Program-made: the position numbers and the translations under genes
From: Myxococcota bacterium
Lineage (GTDB): Bacteria; Myxococcota_A; Polyangia; Polyangiales; Houyiibacteriaceae
Assembly (NCBI GenBank): GCA_039030515.1
Contig: JBCCEA010000006.1
Location: 1 to 64,000, forward strand
DNA length: 64,000 bases
Direction: 5' to 3'
The notes under the pieces: model-generated
Databases searched by the model: none
What the model saw: the letters and a program-made list of their open reading frames with translations, nothing else
Told to the model about the DNA's origin: nothing
Part shown: piece after piece, positions 54,848 to 64,000 of the stretch
How positions within the stretch are numbered: position 1 is the first letter of the stretch
Layout of the letters: each line of letters begins with the position of its first letter

Positions 54848-57256
54848 TTACGCCGCCATCGTTTGGACTAGGGCTTCAGCTTGTTTTAGCCGCGGTTCGG
54901 AGTCGGCTTTCTTAGGCATAACGACCTTGGAGCCTGATTTGAGAAGCAGCCAGAGTTTTCGCCTGGAGCTCGTATAGGCACGGTGGTTCACGGAATCAAA
55001 ACCCTTCTTTCTGATTTGGTTTCCGATGTCTGCGTAGGCGACGCTGGCCGCCTGAATCGCGACCCGACTCTCCCAAGGAAGCAGGTGAATGCCTGGCTCG
55101 GCGCTGGCAAAGTAGCGATCTGCCTCTCTTAGAAGACGCGCGACAACGCGTGCAATCTCGGGTTTGAACGCCGGATTCTCCAGCCAGCGGTCGGCGTCTA
55201 TCCCCTCTGATCGGAGCCAGTCACGCGGCAGATAGAGGCGTCCGCTTTGCGCGTCTTCGCCGACGTCTCGGGCGATATTGGTGAGCTGCATCGCGACCCC
55301 AAGGTCGCAGGCGCGAAAGAGCGCCTCGGTGTCTCGACGGCCCATCACCGTGCTCATCAAGACGCCTACAGTCGACGCGACTCGAACGCAGTACTCTAGA
55401 AGATCGTCAAGGCTCTCATACGGTCTGCCTTCTAGATCCCAATGAAACCCTTGGAGCATCAGGTCAAATACTTCTTTCGGAATGGCGTGCTCCCGTACCA
55501 CCTTTCGAAGGGCGCGGTCCGCCGGGTGCGCTGGAGCCTGATCGGTGGGCAATTCGGAATGAGCCTCCCCATACACATCGGCGATTCGCTTTCGGATCGA
55601 GTCGAGATCCTGCCCCTCGTCGATCGCGTCATCTGCTTGACGACAAAAGGCGTAGGTGGCGATCGCAGCCTTGCGGACTTTTGGCGGGAGCAATCGGCTC
55701 GCCAGGTAAAAGCTGCGACTGCCGAAACGAAGTAAAGATTCGCAGGTCGCAAGATCCGATGCTTCTGTATCAAGCTGGTCTACGTCGGGGACCACGCGAT
55801 CGAGTACTCGCGCCGCCGAGAGCACTCCCGGTACACCTGCTCCTGGATGGGTGCCGGCGCCGACCAGGTACAGCCGATCCACATCCTCGCTTGCGTTGTG
55901 GGGCCGAAAGTATGCGCTCTGAGTGAGGAGTGGCTCCACTCCGAAGGCGGCTCCTCGAAAAGACAAATAGTCGTCCTGAAACCCTTGGGGCGTGAGGACA
56001 ACCGACGCCTTTAGATGCTTGCTCAGGTTTGGCAGTAGGGACTGCTCAAGGTAGCGCTCGATCCTTGTTCGATACGCCTCGGCTTGGGTGTTCCAGTCAG
56101 TGCCTGATTCGAGATGAGGCACGGGGGAAAGTACGTAAAAACTGTCGTGATCCGCGGGTGCAAGACTGGGGTCGGTTGCGGTCGGACGGTGTAAATAAAG
56201 GCTAAAATCGTCTGCCAGAACCTTCCGCTGAAATATATCGCGGAGCAGTTCCTCAAAGCGCGGGCCGAGAAGGATCGTGTGATGTGCGACGTCCTCGTAG
56301 CGCCTATCGGTACCGAAATACCAAACAAAGAGGCTCATTGAAGAACTCAGTCTTTCCAGGCGCCGATCGGTCCAGTGCCGACGGACGCTTGGATCGACGA
56401 GATGCTTGTAGGTCCAAACCGAGTCTGCATTGGACACGACAATATCCGCAGTTAGCGTTTCGCCGGAGGCCAACTGAACGCCGGTCGCTCGGTTCCCCTG
56501 GAGACAAATCCGAGTGACTTCCTCCTCAAGACGAAGCGTGCCCTGCTGCGATTCGATAAGCTTTACTAGTCCATCGACAAGCGCTTTGGTTCCGCCCATC
56601 GCAAAGTGAACTCCCCACTTACGCTCTAGGTATGCGATCAATGTGTAAATACTCGTGGTGCTAAACGGGTTTCCACCGACCAGCAGAGGGTGAAAAGAGA
56701 GCGCCTGTCGTACCTTCTCGTTCTTGATGTACTTTTGGACAAGGCCGGAGACAGTTCGGTGGTTTTCTAGTCGAATCATGTCCGGCACGATCCGCGCCAT
56801 ATCCTGAACGCGCAGAAAGGGAACGTGCGCCAGCCGTTCGAAACCCACTTTGAAGATTCGCTCGCTGTGGGAGACGAAGGCGTCGTACCCCTCTACGTCG
56901 GACGGAGAAAACTGCGCGATTTGGGTTCGCATCGCTTGGGCATCTCCGCTGTAGTCGAAGGTGCTTCCGTCGTCGTATCGGATTCGATAAAACGGGTGCA
57001 CTGCGCTGAGATCTACATCGTCACTCAAAGTTCGCCCGCAGAGCTGCCAGAGCTCTTCGAAAAGAAACGGGGCAGTGATCACGGTAGGGCCGGCGTCGAA
57101 GACAAAGCCGTCTTTGCGAAACACACGGGCCCGGCCCCCGGGCTGATCGAGCCGATCGACGATCGTGCACCGGTATCCTCTGGCGCCAAGACGAACTGCG
57201 GCTGCGAGACCACCAAAGCCCGCTCCGATAATGACTGCGTGTGGAATCCTAGACAT
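54848..57256 (-). CDS. crtI: Phytoene desaturase-phytoene synthase fusion (CrtI-CrtB)
   Basis: CrtI: IGAGFGGLA, FDAGPTVIT, LYLHRP and LVGAGTHPGAGVPGV. Then CrtB: SRSF..A, FCRQADDAID and QLTNIARDVGED..GRLYLP, in one frame. Confidence 0.92.
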   Translation of the reverse strand: MSRIPHAVIIGAGFGGLAAAVRLGARGYRCTIVDRLDQPGGRARVFRKDGFVFDAGPTVITAPFLFEELWQLCGRTLSDDVDLSAVHPFYRIRYDDGSTFDYSGDAQAMRTQIAQFSPSDVEGYDAFVSHSERIFKVGFERLAHVPFLRVQDMARIVPDMIRLENHRTVSGLVQKYIKNEKVRQALSFHPLLVGGNPFSTTSIYTLIAYLERKWGVHFAMGGTKALVDGLVKLIESQQGTLRLEEEVTRICLQGNRATGVQLASGETLTADIVVSNADSVWTYKHLVDPSVRRHWTDRRLERLSSSMSLFVWYFGTDRRYEDVAHHTILLGPRFEELLRDIFQRKVLADDFSLYLHRPTATDPSLAPADHDSFYVLSPVPHLESGTDWNTQAEAYRTRIERYLEQSLLPNLSKHLKASVVLTPQGFQDDYLSFRGAAFGVEPLLTQSAYFRPHNASEDVDRLYLVGAGTHPGAGVPGVLSAARVLDRVVPDVDQLDTEASDLATCESLLRFGSRSFYLASRLLPPKVRKAAIATYAFCRQADDAIDEGQDLDSIRKRIADVYGEAHSELPTDQAPAHPADRALRKVVREHAIPKEVFDLMLQGFHWDLEGRPYESLDDLLEYCVRVASTVGVLMSTVMGRRDTEALFRACDLGVAMQLTNIARDVGEDAQSGRLYLPRDWLRSEGIDADRWLENPAFKPEIARVVARLLREADRYFASAEPGIHLLPWESRVAIQAASVAYADIGNQIRKKGFDSVNHRAYTSSRRKLWLLLKSGSKVVMPKKADSEPRLKQAEALVQTMAA

Positions 57257-57462
57257 ATCGAATACCTATAGTGCCGTAGAACTCGCTGGAAAAGTGGGCT
57301 CAGCGACCCAACCAAAGAAGCCGTCTACCCTCCCTTGAGTCTGCCAAACCCTAGCTCGGCGTGCAGAGTGACGGCCCGGTCAGCCAGCGGCGCTTTCGCG
57401 AGAAGTACGAACCTGCTACCACGCTCGCAAACCACACGAAACGCCGAGGCAATATTGGAACA

Positions 57463-58230
57463 ATGCAGCCGTTAGTAGGTCCACCGCTCATCGCGAAATT
57501 GCGCTCCGGTCCCGGGCGAGTCCGGAGGTCCAGCGGGCGCCTCACCCGAGCTGCGCTTTTTGCGCTGGAAACGATATCGGATCTACGCTCCGCTCGGTTT
57601 CCAGTCGGGGTTCAGGAAAAAGCGAGGCGGCTCTCTTGGGTGACCGAAAACATGTGTGCGCTACACGGCATACAGGTGGTTTGCGAGGGCTCCGTGCCTG
57701 ATGGTCCCGTGGTCGTCGCTTCGAATCACCTAAGCTACATCGACCCGCTCGCGATCTGTTCGCTCTTGCCGTGCGTGCCGATCGCAAAACGGGAAATCGC
57801 TGGATGGCCCGTACTTGGCGACGTGTTTTCAGGCCTTGGGTTGCTGCTCGTCGATCGCGACTGCGCGCTGAGTGGTGCGCGCGTCCTTTTGCAGTCGCGG
57901 GGAGTCTTACGAGATCAAGCGTCTGTACTGACCTTCCCAGAGGGCACGACGACCGACGGCACAGACGTGTTGCCGTTTCGTCGAGGCATTTTCGGCCTAG
58001 CTCAAATAGAGAACGTGCCTGTCGTTCCGGTGGGTGTGCGTTACGATTCTGCGGAACTTTGCTGGATAGGGGGCGATACCTTCGTGCCCCACTACGTGAA
58101 AACCACGTCTCGCGACTCGACCCAGGTCCGAGTCGTCTTTGGGGCACCGATCGATCCTCGCTCGTTTCCCACCGCACAAGCGCTCGCTGAGTGCGTCCGG
58201 CAGCAGGTGCGCGCTATGATCACGAGCTGA
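57463..58230 (+). CDS. PlsC-family (lyso)lipid acyltransferase (OlsA-like)
   Basis: NHLSYID (HxxxxD), AK.EI..WP and FPEGTT. Confidence 0.88.
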   Translation: MQPLVGPPLIAKLRSGPGRVRRSSGRLTRAALFALETISDLRSARFPVGVQEKARRLSWVTENMCALHGIQVVCEGSVPDGPVVVASNHLSYIDPLAICSLLPCVPIAKREIAGWPVLGDVFSGLGLLLVDRDCALSGARVLLQSRGVLRDQASVLTFPEGTTTDGTDVLPFRRGIFGLAQIENVPVVPVGVRYDSAELCWIGGDTFVPHYVKTTSRDSTQVRVVFGAPIDPRSFPTAQALAECVRQQVRAMITS

Positions 58231-58274
58231 CTCCCATCGAGTCAGGCAGACATTCCCATCGAGTCAGAAAGACT

Positions 58275-59300
58275 ATGCGCACGAGCTTGCCGGAACTGGA
58301 GCTTTACGAAACGATCTTAGGCCGGCTTGGCTCCCGCGCTCGGGTCGAAGTCATGGATCGCGTGCGCTACCGAGGGGAGGAATTGCCTCTTTACGGTACG
58401 GTACTCGGCAGTTCCGATCCGAACGTACCTACCTTCGGACTCGTCGGAGGCGTGCACGGGCTGGAACGAATCGGGAGCCGAGTGGTACTCGCCTGGATGC
58501 ACACCCTTTCGGAGCTGCTCGACTGGGACGACCTTGTGGTTCAAGCGCTCGAATGCACTCGATTGGTGTTCGCTCCGATCGTCAATCCCTGGGGCCTTTT
58601 GCTGCGAAAGCGAAGCAACGTTTCAGGAGTCGACCTCATGCGAAATGCGCCTCCTCACGAGCAAGGCCGGGGAAGCCTCTTGGTGGGAGGCCAGCGCATC
58701 TCCCCGCGTCTTCCCTGGTACATGGGCGAGGTGGGGGCTCCTATGCAACCTGAAGCGCGCGCACTTTGCGACTTTATACGCAAGCATGTGTTCCCCGGCC
58801 GCCCGTCGATCGTGCTCGATTGTCACTCGGGCTTTGGCTTCAAGGACCGACTCTGGTTTCCCTACGCACGCACCCGGCGCCCCTTTCCCCACCTGGCGGA
58901 GGTGTATGCGCTCAACAGGCTATTCGACGCGACGCTGCCCAATCACGTGTATCGATTTGAGCCTCAGGCCCGTAACTACACCGTTCGCGGGGATCTCTGG
59001 GATTACCTCCACGATCAACATCAGGATTCCGAGCACCGCGATGCAACCTTCTTGCCGCTGACGTTAGAGATGGGCTCCTGGCGGTGGGTCAAGAAGAATC
59101 CAAGACAGATCCTCACCGCGCTCGGCGGTTTCAATCCGGTCAAGCCACACCGCCTGCGTCGAACCCTGCGGCGCCATGTTCAGCTGTTCGACTTTCTGTA
59201 CCGCGCTACGGCTAGTTCTCGTCGATGGCTCAGCGAAGACCCTGAGGTTCGCGAAAGTCGAGAGGCCGAAGCGTTCCGCCTGTGGTTCTCTCGGTCGTAG
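58275..59300 (+). CDS. M14-family zinc carboxypeptidase-like protein (DUF2817-like)
   Basis: GVHGLE (HxxE), NPWG, RSN..GVDLMRN, DCHSG and LTLEMG. Confidence 0.85.
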   Translation: MRTSLPELELYETILGRLGSRARVEVMDRVRYRGEELPLYGTVLGSSDPNVPTFGLVGGVHGLERIGSRVVLAWMHTLSELLDWDDLVVQALECTRLVFAPIVNPWGLLLRKRSNVSGVDLMRNAPPHEQGRGSLLVGGQRISPRLPWYMGEVGAPMQPEARALCDFIRKHVFPGRPSIVLDCHSGFGFKDRLWFPYARTRRPFPHLAEVYALNRLFDATLPNHVYRFEPQARNYTVRGDLWDYLHDQHQDSEHRDATFLPLTLEMGSWRWVKKNPRQILTALGGFNPVKPHRLRRTLRRHVQLFDFLYRATASSRRWLSEDPEVRESREAEAFRLWFSRS

Positions 59301-59440
59301 GGACGCCGCGCGGACTCCAGTCGAATTAACCCTCTGCTCAAAGCGGACTGATATGTGCCACTCATCCTCATCACACTCGAGCGTCTCTCAAATACCTGTG
59401 CTGCCGCCGTCTTGTCGCAGCGAACAAAGGAGCTTTCAAG

Positions 59441-60283
59441 ATGCGTGCTGACTCCGAAGAAAGGGCTGCCAAGGGCGCCACTCGATCGGTGTACCCGGTT
59501 CACCACGATGCACTCCCCCCCGGCACGTTGAGTACGGGCCGTTATCTGCTGCGATTTGCCTCGGGCCCGGAGGATCTCGAAGCCATTCAGCGGCTGCGAT
59601 TTGAGGTGTTCAACCTAGAGCTCGACGAAGGCCTGGATTCCGCTTTCGAAACCGGCCGCGATGAAGACGAGTTCGACGCCGTATGCCACCACCTGATGGT
59701 CTTTGAACGAAAAAGCAACGCCATCGTCGGCACGTATCGCGTCATGATCGAGCCAATGGCCCTGTCGAGAGGCGGGTTTTACTCCGAGTCGGAATTCGAT
59801 TTTACCGGCCTACCGGACTCGGTTCGCTTTCGGGGGGTGGAGATCGGTCGCGTCTGCGTGGCTCAGGAGCATCGAAATGGTCGGGTCATCCACCTTCTTT
59901 GGCGTGGCCTTGCCCGCTACCTTGACTGGAATCAGAAGCGTTTCCTTTTCGGCTGCTGTTCCGTGCCGACGACCGATGAAGGAGCCGCTTGGGCGCTGCA
60001 CCAGCGACTGCAGTCTGAGGCGCAATTTCACAAGGAAGTTCGGATAGAGCCTCTGCCCGAACTCCGCTGCGCAGAATCTGCCGCTCCTCAAGCTCCAGCA
60101 GAAATACCCCCTATTTTTGCAAGTTACCTTTCCTTCGGTGCCCGGGTGTGCAGTGCGCCGGCCATCGATCGCGCGTTCAAGGTTGTGGACTTCTTCGTGA
60201 TCTTCGATCTCGAAGATCTGGAACCGCGAGCCCGACGCAGTTTCTTTGATTCAGGCCGCTGGAAGATAGATCAGGCGAGCTAG
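59441..60283 (+). CDS. GNAT N-acyl amino acid synthase (OlsB-like)
   Basis: QRLRFEVF..E, DEDEFD..C.HL, VGTYR, EIGR.CV, LLWRG and LFGC.S. Confidence 0.85.
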   Translation: MRADSEERAAKGATRSVYPVHHDALPPGTLSTGRYLLRFASGPEDLEAIQRLRFEVFNLELDEGLDSAFETGRDEDEFDAVCHHLMVFERKSNAIVGTYRVMIEPMALSRGGFYSESEFDFTGLPDSVRFRGVEIGRVCVAQEHRNGRVIHLLWRGLARYLDWNQKRFLFGCCSVPTTDEGAAWALHQRLQSEAQFHKEVRIEPLPELRCAESAAPQAPAEIPPIFASYLSFGARVCSAPAIDRAFKVVDFFVIFDLEDLEPRARRSFFDSGRWKIDQAS

Positions 60284-60383
60284 GGTGATGCCTTTACCCC
60301 CGGCACACGATTTTTTCTCTCGAGGCGTCAGTCGCTTTCGTCGATCGATGGGCTGTAGTCGACCAGGTCGCTTGGGCCAGGTC

Positions 60384-61277
60384 ATGCGCGCTTTGTGGAG
60401 TGTGGTGGCTTTGGTGTGTGTGACGTCTGCATGCGCCGGACGAACCCCGGTGCCGAGCTCAGCACCAGCACCAGGTCTCATCTGGTCGAGTCGAGCGCAG
60501 CAGGCGGTTTCTTTCGATGAGATGATCGCAACTCTGGAGTCGATGAACGTGGTGTACCTAGGCGAGCGCCACGATCGCCCAGAGGATCATCGAGTGCAGA
60601 CGCGTATATACAAGGCTCTATCGCGTCGCCTGGCCCACCCCTCGCTTGGCTTTGAGATGTTCCAGCGGCCATTTCAACCGGCGCTGGATCGATGGTCCGC
60701 CGGGGAGATCGACGAAGCTGAGATGCTCGTGCAAACCGAATACGCCAAGCGTTGGGGATACGATTTTTCGCTCTATCGACCTCTGCTTCTCGAGGCAAAA
60801 CGACGAAACGCACCGCTCATCGCTCTCAACGCCGCTGCTGAATTGACTCGGACGGTGGCTCGAGGCGGCATCGAGGCTCTTTCACCCGAGCAGCGCGCCT
60901 CGCTTCCTGAGCTCGATTTGGGACAGCTCCGTCATCGCGATCTGGTTTTGGCAGCGCTGCGGGAACACGAGGGCGTGACCGAGGAGATGCTCGAAAATTT
61001 CTATGCGGCCCAGGTGATTTGGGATGAGACGATGGCGCTCGGCGTGGCGCAAGCCCTCTCCCGAGAAGATATCGGGTCTGTGGTTGTTATTGCAGGCATG
61101 ATGCACGTGTGGGAGGGCTTGGGTATTCCCGAGCGGGCTGCACGGCGAGGAGCTACCCCCTACGCCACGGTTTTGGTGATGGATGCCAACAATCCCGAGA
61201 TCCGCCTCGACGGTTCTATGGGAACGTGGCCGGCCGACTACCTCTGGTTTGTCGAGGACGCACTCACAAATGAATAG
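60384..61277 (+). CDS. ChaN-family (putative heme-binding) lipoprotein
   Basis: Lipobox TSAC, VYLGERHD, GFEMF, Y.PL, AQ..WDETMA and AG..H...G.GIP.R. Confidence 0.85.
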   Translation: MRALWSVVALVCVTSACAGRTPVPSSAPAPGLIWSSRAQQAVSFDEMIATLESMNVVYLGERHDRPEDHRVQTRIYKALSRRLAHPSLGFEMFQRPFQPALDRWSAGEIDEAEMLVQTEYAKRWGYDFSLYRPLLLEAKRRNAPLIALNAAAELTRTVARGGIEALSPEQRASLPELDLGQLRHRDLVLAALREHEGVTEEMLENFYAAQVIWDETMALGVAQALSREDIGSVVVIAGMMHVWEGLGIPERAARRGATPYATVLVMDANNPEIRLDGSMGTWPADYLWFVEDALTNE

Positions 61278-61278
61278 G

Positions 61279-61313
61279 CAGCGTCTGCTTTTTTGATGAA
61301 AAAGCGGACGCTG
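61279..61313. terminator. Inverted repeat just after the chaN stop
   Basis: CAGCGTCTGCTTTTT...AAAAAGCGGACGCTG forms a long stem with one G-U pair. Confidence 0.55.
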
Positions 61314-61364
61314 AGGACAGCTTGGTCACGGTCTTTGGACGTTCCCTGGTAGACTAAGCTCGTC

Positions 61365-64000
61365 ATGACGAGCCCTAAGCGTATGGTCGGCCGTTTTGTG
61401 ATCGACCGGCTTGCCGGTGAGGGTGGCGTGGGTGAGGTGTATCGCGCCCACGATCAGGACTCGCACCAACTGGTGGCGGTGAAGCTTCTTGGTTTTGCAG
61501 GAGATACCAGCACCACTCGCTTCACTCGCGAGTCCGAGATGCTCGCCGAGTTGGAGCATCCCGCGATCGTACGCTACGTGGCGCACGGTGAAACCGAAGC
61601 GGGCGTTCCATGGCTCGCCATGGAGTGGGTGGAAGGCGAGAGTTTAGAGCAGCGACTTCAGCGCAGCAGACTCTCGCTCATCGAAACAGTTCAGTTGGGT
61701 AAGCGGGTGACCGAGGCCCTAAAGTTCGCGCACGACAAGGGCATCGTTCACCGAGACATCAAACCGGCCAACCTGCTTTTGCCGGACGGTGACGTGCAAG
61801 TTGCCAAGCTGGTGGACTTCGGGGTCGCTCGACTTGGAAAAGCCCCCTCGCTTTCACTGACCGGCGCCGGAACCCTCATCGGCACCCCCAAATACATGGC
61901 TCCCGAACAGGCAAGGGGAGAGGCGCTAGATCATCGAGCGGACTTGTTCTCTCTCGGCTGCGTCCTTTACGAATGCTTGGCCGGTCAGCCTCCCTTCGAC
62001 GGTGCCCATGTGGTAGCGGTTCTCGCCAAGATTCTGCTCGAGGACATCGTGCCTGTTCAGAAATATCGGCCGAGGATTCCCCAGGAACTCGAAGATCTGA
62101 TCGGAAATTTGCTTGAAAAGGACCGAGACCTACGCCCGGCGAATGCGCAGGAGCTGTTCGACGCGTTTGAGGATCTAGGGGATCTTGACGACTACCGCAC
62201 CGGATCGATCACCGTCCCGGGTGGACTGCTCGGTTTGACCCACAGCGAAAGGCAGCTGTCAAGTGTGGTGCTCGCATCTCTGGCGAGATCCAGTGACGTG
62301 GACGAGACCATGCCTGGTGAAGAAGGCGGGGTGCGATTCAAACGTCCGGTTGAAGTGGTCGAGTTCTATGGAGGTCGGCTTGAGTGGTTGGGGGATGGTT
62401 CCGCGATCGCCTTGCTTTCCGGACCTGGCCCGGCAACCGATCGGGCAGCGATCGCCGGCCGCTGCGCTTTGGCGCTTCATGCGGTGATGAAAGGCGCCCG
62501 TATCGTGGTCGCTACCGGCAGCAGTGAAATCGCCGGTCGTCTGCCGGAAGGCGACGTCATCGAACGTGCAGTCTCGCTTTTGCGACGCGGGCGAAGAAGC
62601 GGTCCTACAGATCCCTCTGAAGTACATCCGATTTGGATCGATGGGGTCACCGCGAATCTCCTCGACGACCGCTTTTGGGTGGTGCCTCGAGGCGATGTCC
62701 TTGAGCTGACCGGTGAGCGGGAGCGAGATCGACCGAGAACTGTGCTCGGCAGGGTCTTGCCAACCGTTGGACGACGAAGAGAGATGGCGTTGCTGCTCGA
62801 TCTGTTCGAGGAGGCGACGGCAGAGCGCTGTGCTCATGGGGCGCTCATCGTCGGCGATCCAGGATCTGGAAAATCGAGAGTGGGTTGGGAGCTTGCGCGT
62901 GAACTGCGCCGGCGGGAGGTCAAGTTCAGTCTCTGGTCGGTAGAGGGTGACCCGATGCGCATTGGATCACCTTTTGGCTTGCTCATCACGCTCATCAGTC
63001 GGATGTGCGATTTACAAGAGGGAGAGCCCATCGAGAGGCGTCAGGAAAAGCTCTCAAAAACAATAGAGAAATCGCTTTCTGCTCGAGATGCCGAGCCGGT
63101 GCTCAGGATCTTGTCCGATCTCCTGGGCGCGTCACAAACGCAGCCCCTTCAGATTCAAGAAACCGTTGCGCCCCCTCCATCCCTGCGGGGTGAACCCGTG
63201 CGGGAGGCGATGCTCAGCTGGCTTTCGGGTCAGTGTCAACAGCAGCCCCTGGTACTGCTGGTCGACGACGTGCAGTGGGGAGACCGTCCCTCGATCCAAT
63301 TTCTGGACACCCTGACCGAAGGCCTAGCGGAGTTTCCGTTTTTGCTCGTCGTGCTTGCCCGGCCTGAGTTTTCCAAGATGCATCCAGATTTCTGGCAGCA
63401 CGGGGGTGGTCAACGTCTCCAGCTCGGGAAAATGGTACACAGAGCATCTGCCCGCCTCGTGCGAGAAGCTTTGCCGGAGCTAGGTCAGGCCAAGGTGGAC
63501 TTGATCGTGGAGCAGTCCGGCGGCAATCCCTACTACCTAGAGGAGCTCATCCGAACGGTTGGAGAGGGCTGGGATACCGAGCTTCCTCGCTCCATTCTCG
63601 CGATGGTTCAAGCCCGACTGCATTCGCTGGACCCTCAGGCCCGACGCGCGCTTCGAGCTGCCAGCATTTTCGGCCGGACGTTTTGGGCAGAAGCGGTGCG
63701 TGCCTTAATGGGTGGAGCTCAGCCTCCACTGTCTGACCTCGAACGAGCGGAGTTGATCCGCCGCGATCATGGTTCAAGGTTTGAGGGAGCCGTTCAGTAT
63801 CTCTTCGTCAGCGAGTTGGTTCGAGAGGCTGGCTACGATGCGTTGACCATCAAGGACCGTACCCTGGGTCACCAGCTCGCCGCACAGTGGCTGAGCGATC
63901 GAGGTGAGCGTGATTCAGCCTTGCTTGCAGAACACTATGAACGGGGGGAGTTGCCTCAGGAAGCACTCCCGCACTACCTGGGTGCCGCCAAGCAAAGCTG
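61365..64000 (+). CDS. Ser/Thr kinase - degenerate cyclase-like domain - AAA ATPase multidomain protein (3'-truncated by the window)
   Basis: Absent from the ORF track, presumably because it has no stop in the window. Manual translation from ATG 61365 gives GEGGVG, VAVK, HRDIKPAN, DFG and APE; in-frame Walker A GDPGSGKS (62853), LLVDDVQW and GGNPYYLEE. Confidence 0.9.
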   Translation, partial: MTSPKRMVGRFVIDRLAGEGGVGEVYRAHDQDSHQLVAVKLLGFAGDTSTTRFTRESEMLAELEHPAIVRYVAHGETEAGVPWLAMEWVEGESLEQRLQRSRLSLIETVQLGKRVTEALKFAHDKGIVHRDIKPANLLLPDGDVQVAKLVDFGVARLGKAPSLSLTGAGTLIGTPKYMAPEQARGEALDHRADLFSLGCVLYECLAGQPPFDGAHVVAVLAKILLEDIVPVQKYRPRIPQELEDLIGNLLEKDRDLRPANAQELFDAFEDLGDLDDYRTGSITVPGGLLGLTHSERQLSSVVLASLARSSDVDETMPGEEGGVRFKRPVEVVEFYGGRLEWLGDGSAIALLSGPGPATDRAAIAGRCALALHAVMKGARIVVATGSSEIAGRLPEGDVIERAVSLLRRGRRSGPTDPSEVHPIWIDGVTANLLDDRFWVVPRGDVLELTGERERDRPRTVLGRVLPTVGRRREMALLLDLFEEATAERCAHGALIVGDPGSGKSRVGWELARELRRREVKFSLWSVEGDPMRIGSPFGLLITLISRMCDLQEGEPIERRQEKLSKTIEKSLSARDAEPVLRILSDLLGASQTQPLQIQETVAPPPSLRGEPVREAMLSWLSGQCQQQPLVLLVDDVQWGDRPSIQFLDTLTEGLAEFPFLLVVLARPEFSKMHPDFWQHGGGQRLQLGKMVHRASARLVREALPELGQAKVDLIVEQSGGNPYYLEELIRTVGEGWDTELPRSILAMVQARLHSLDPQARRALRAASIFGRTFWAEAVRALMGGAQPPLSDLERAELIRRDHGSRFEGAVQYLFVSELVREAGYDALTIKDRTLGHQLAAQWLSDRGERDSALLAEHYERGELPQEALPHYLGAAKQS

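Overview
Gene-dense, GC-rich bacterial DNA. The content (three Hanks-type Ser/Thr kinases, Cys-rich lipoproteins, PP2C, DUF1844, a GldA/F/G-DUF4340 ABC operon) suggests a myxobacterium (Myxococcota); this is inferred from gene content, not from a database search. Left to right: (1) an AT-richer, possibly 5'-truncated coiled-coil ORF ending in a YafQ/RelE-like domain, then a non-coding cluster of TGACCGGGTACG repeats; (2) an ion-transport locus with an SLC12-type cotransporter fused to an AAA ATPase, an MscS-like gene and a convergent LtrA-KirBac fusion; (3) a Gld-like ABC operon, an XPB helicase/DUF790 pair and gyrB; (4) a degenerate Mpl-like ligase, cNMP protein, nucleotidyltransferase, PP2C, a ClpB with a degenerate first ATPase site, a kinase, TlpA, ccmBA and an L,D-transpeptidase; (5) an uncharacterised four-gene cluster of exported proteins (37.9-43.9 kb) with a candidate long-stem beta-pore-forming lipoprotein and two proteins sharing a half-TolC-like domain, the best candidate here for a new system; (6) a DAACS symporter and a kinase-PhnD fusion; (7) a Streptomyces-type aromatic carotenoid cluster (crtI-crtB fusion, crtT, crtU, crtY, crtV, MMPL); (8) acyltransferase, M14 peptidase, OlsB-like and ChaN genes, and a kinase-AAA gene running off the right edge. 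No rRNA, tRNA or CRISPR array was recognised. All family calls come from motif recognition by eye, and several start codons were adjusted from the ORF track.
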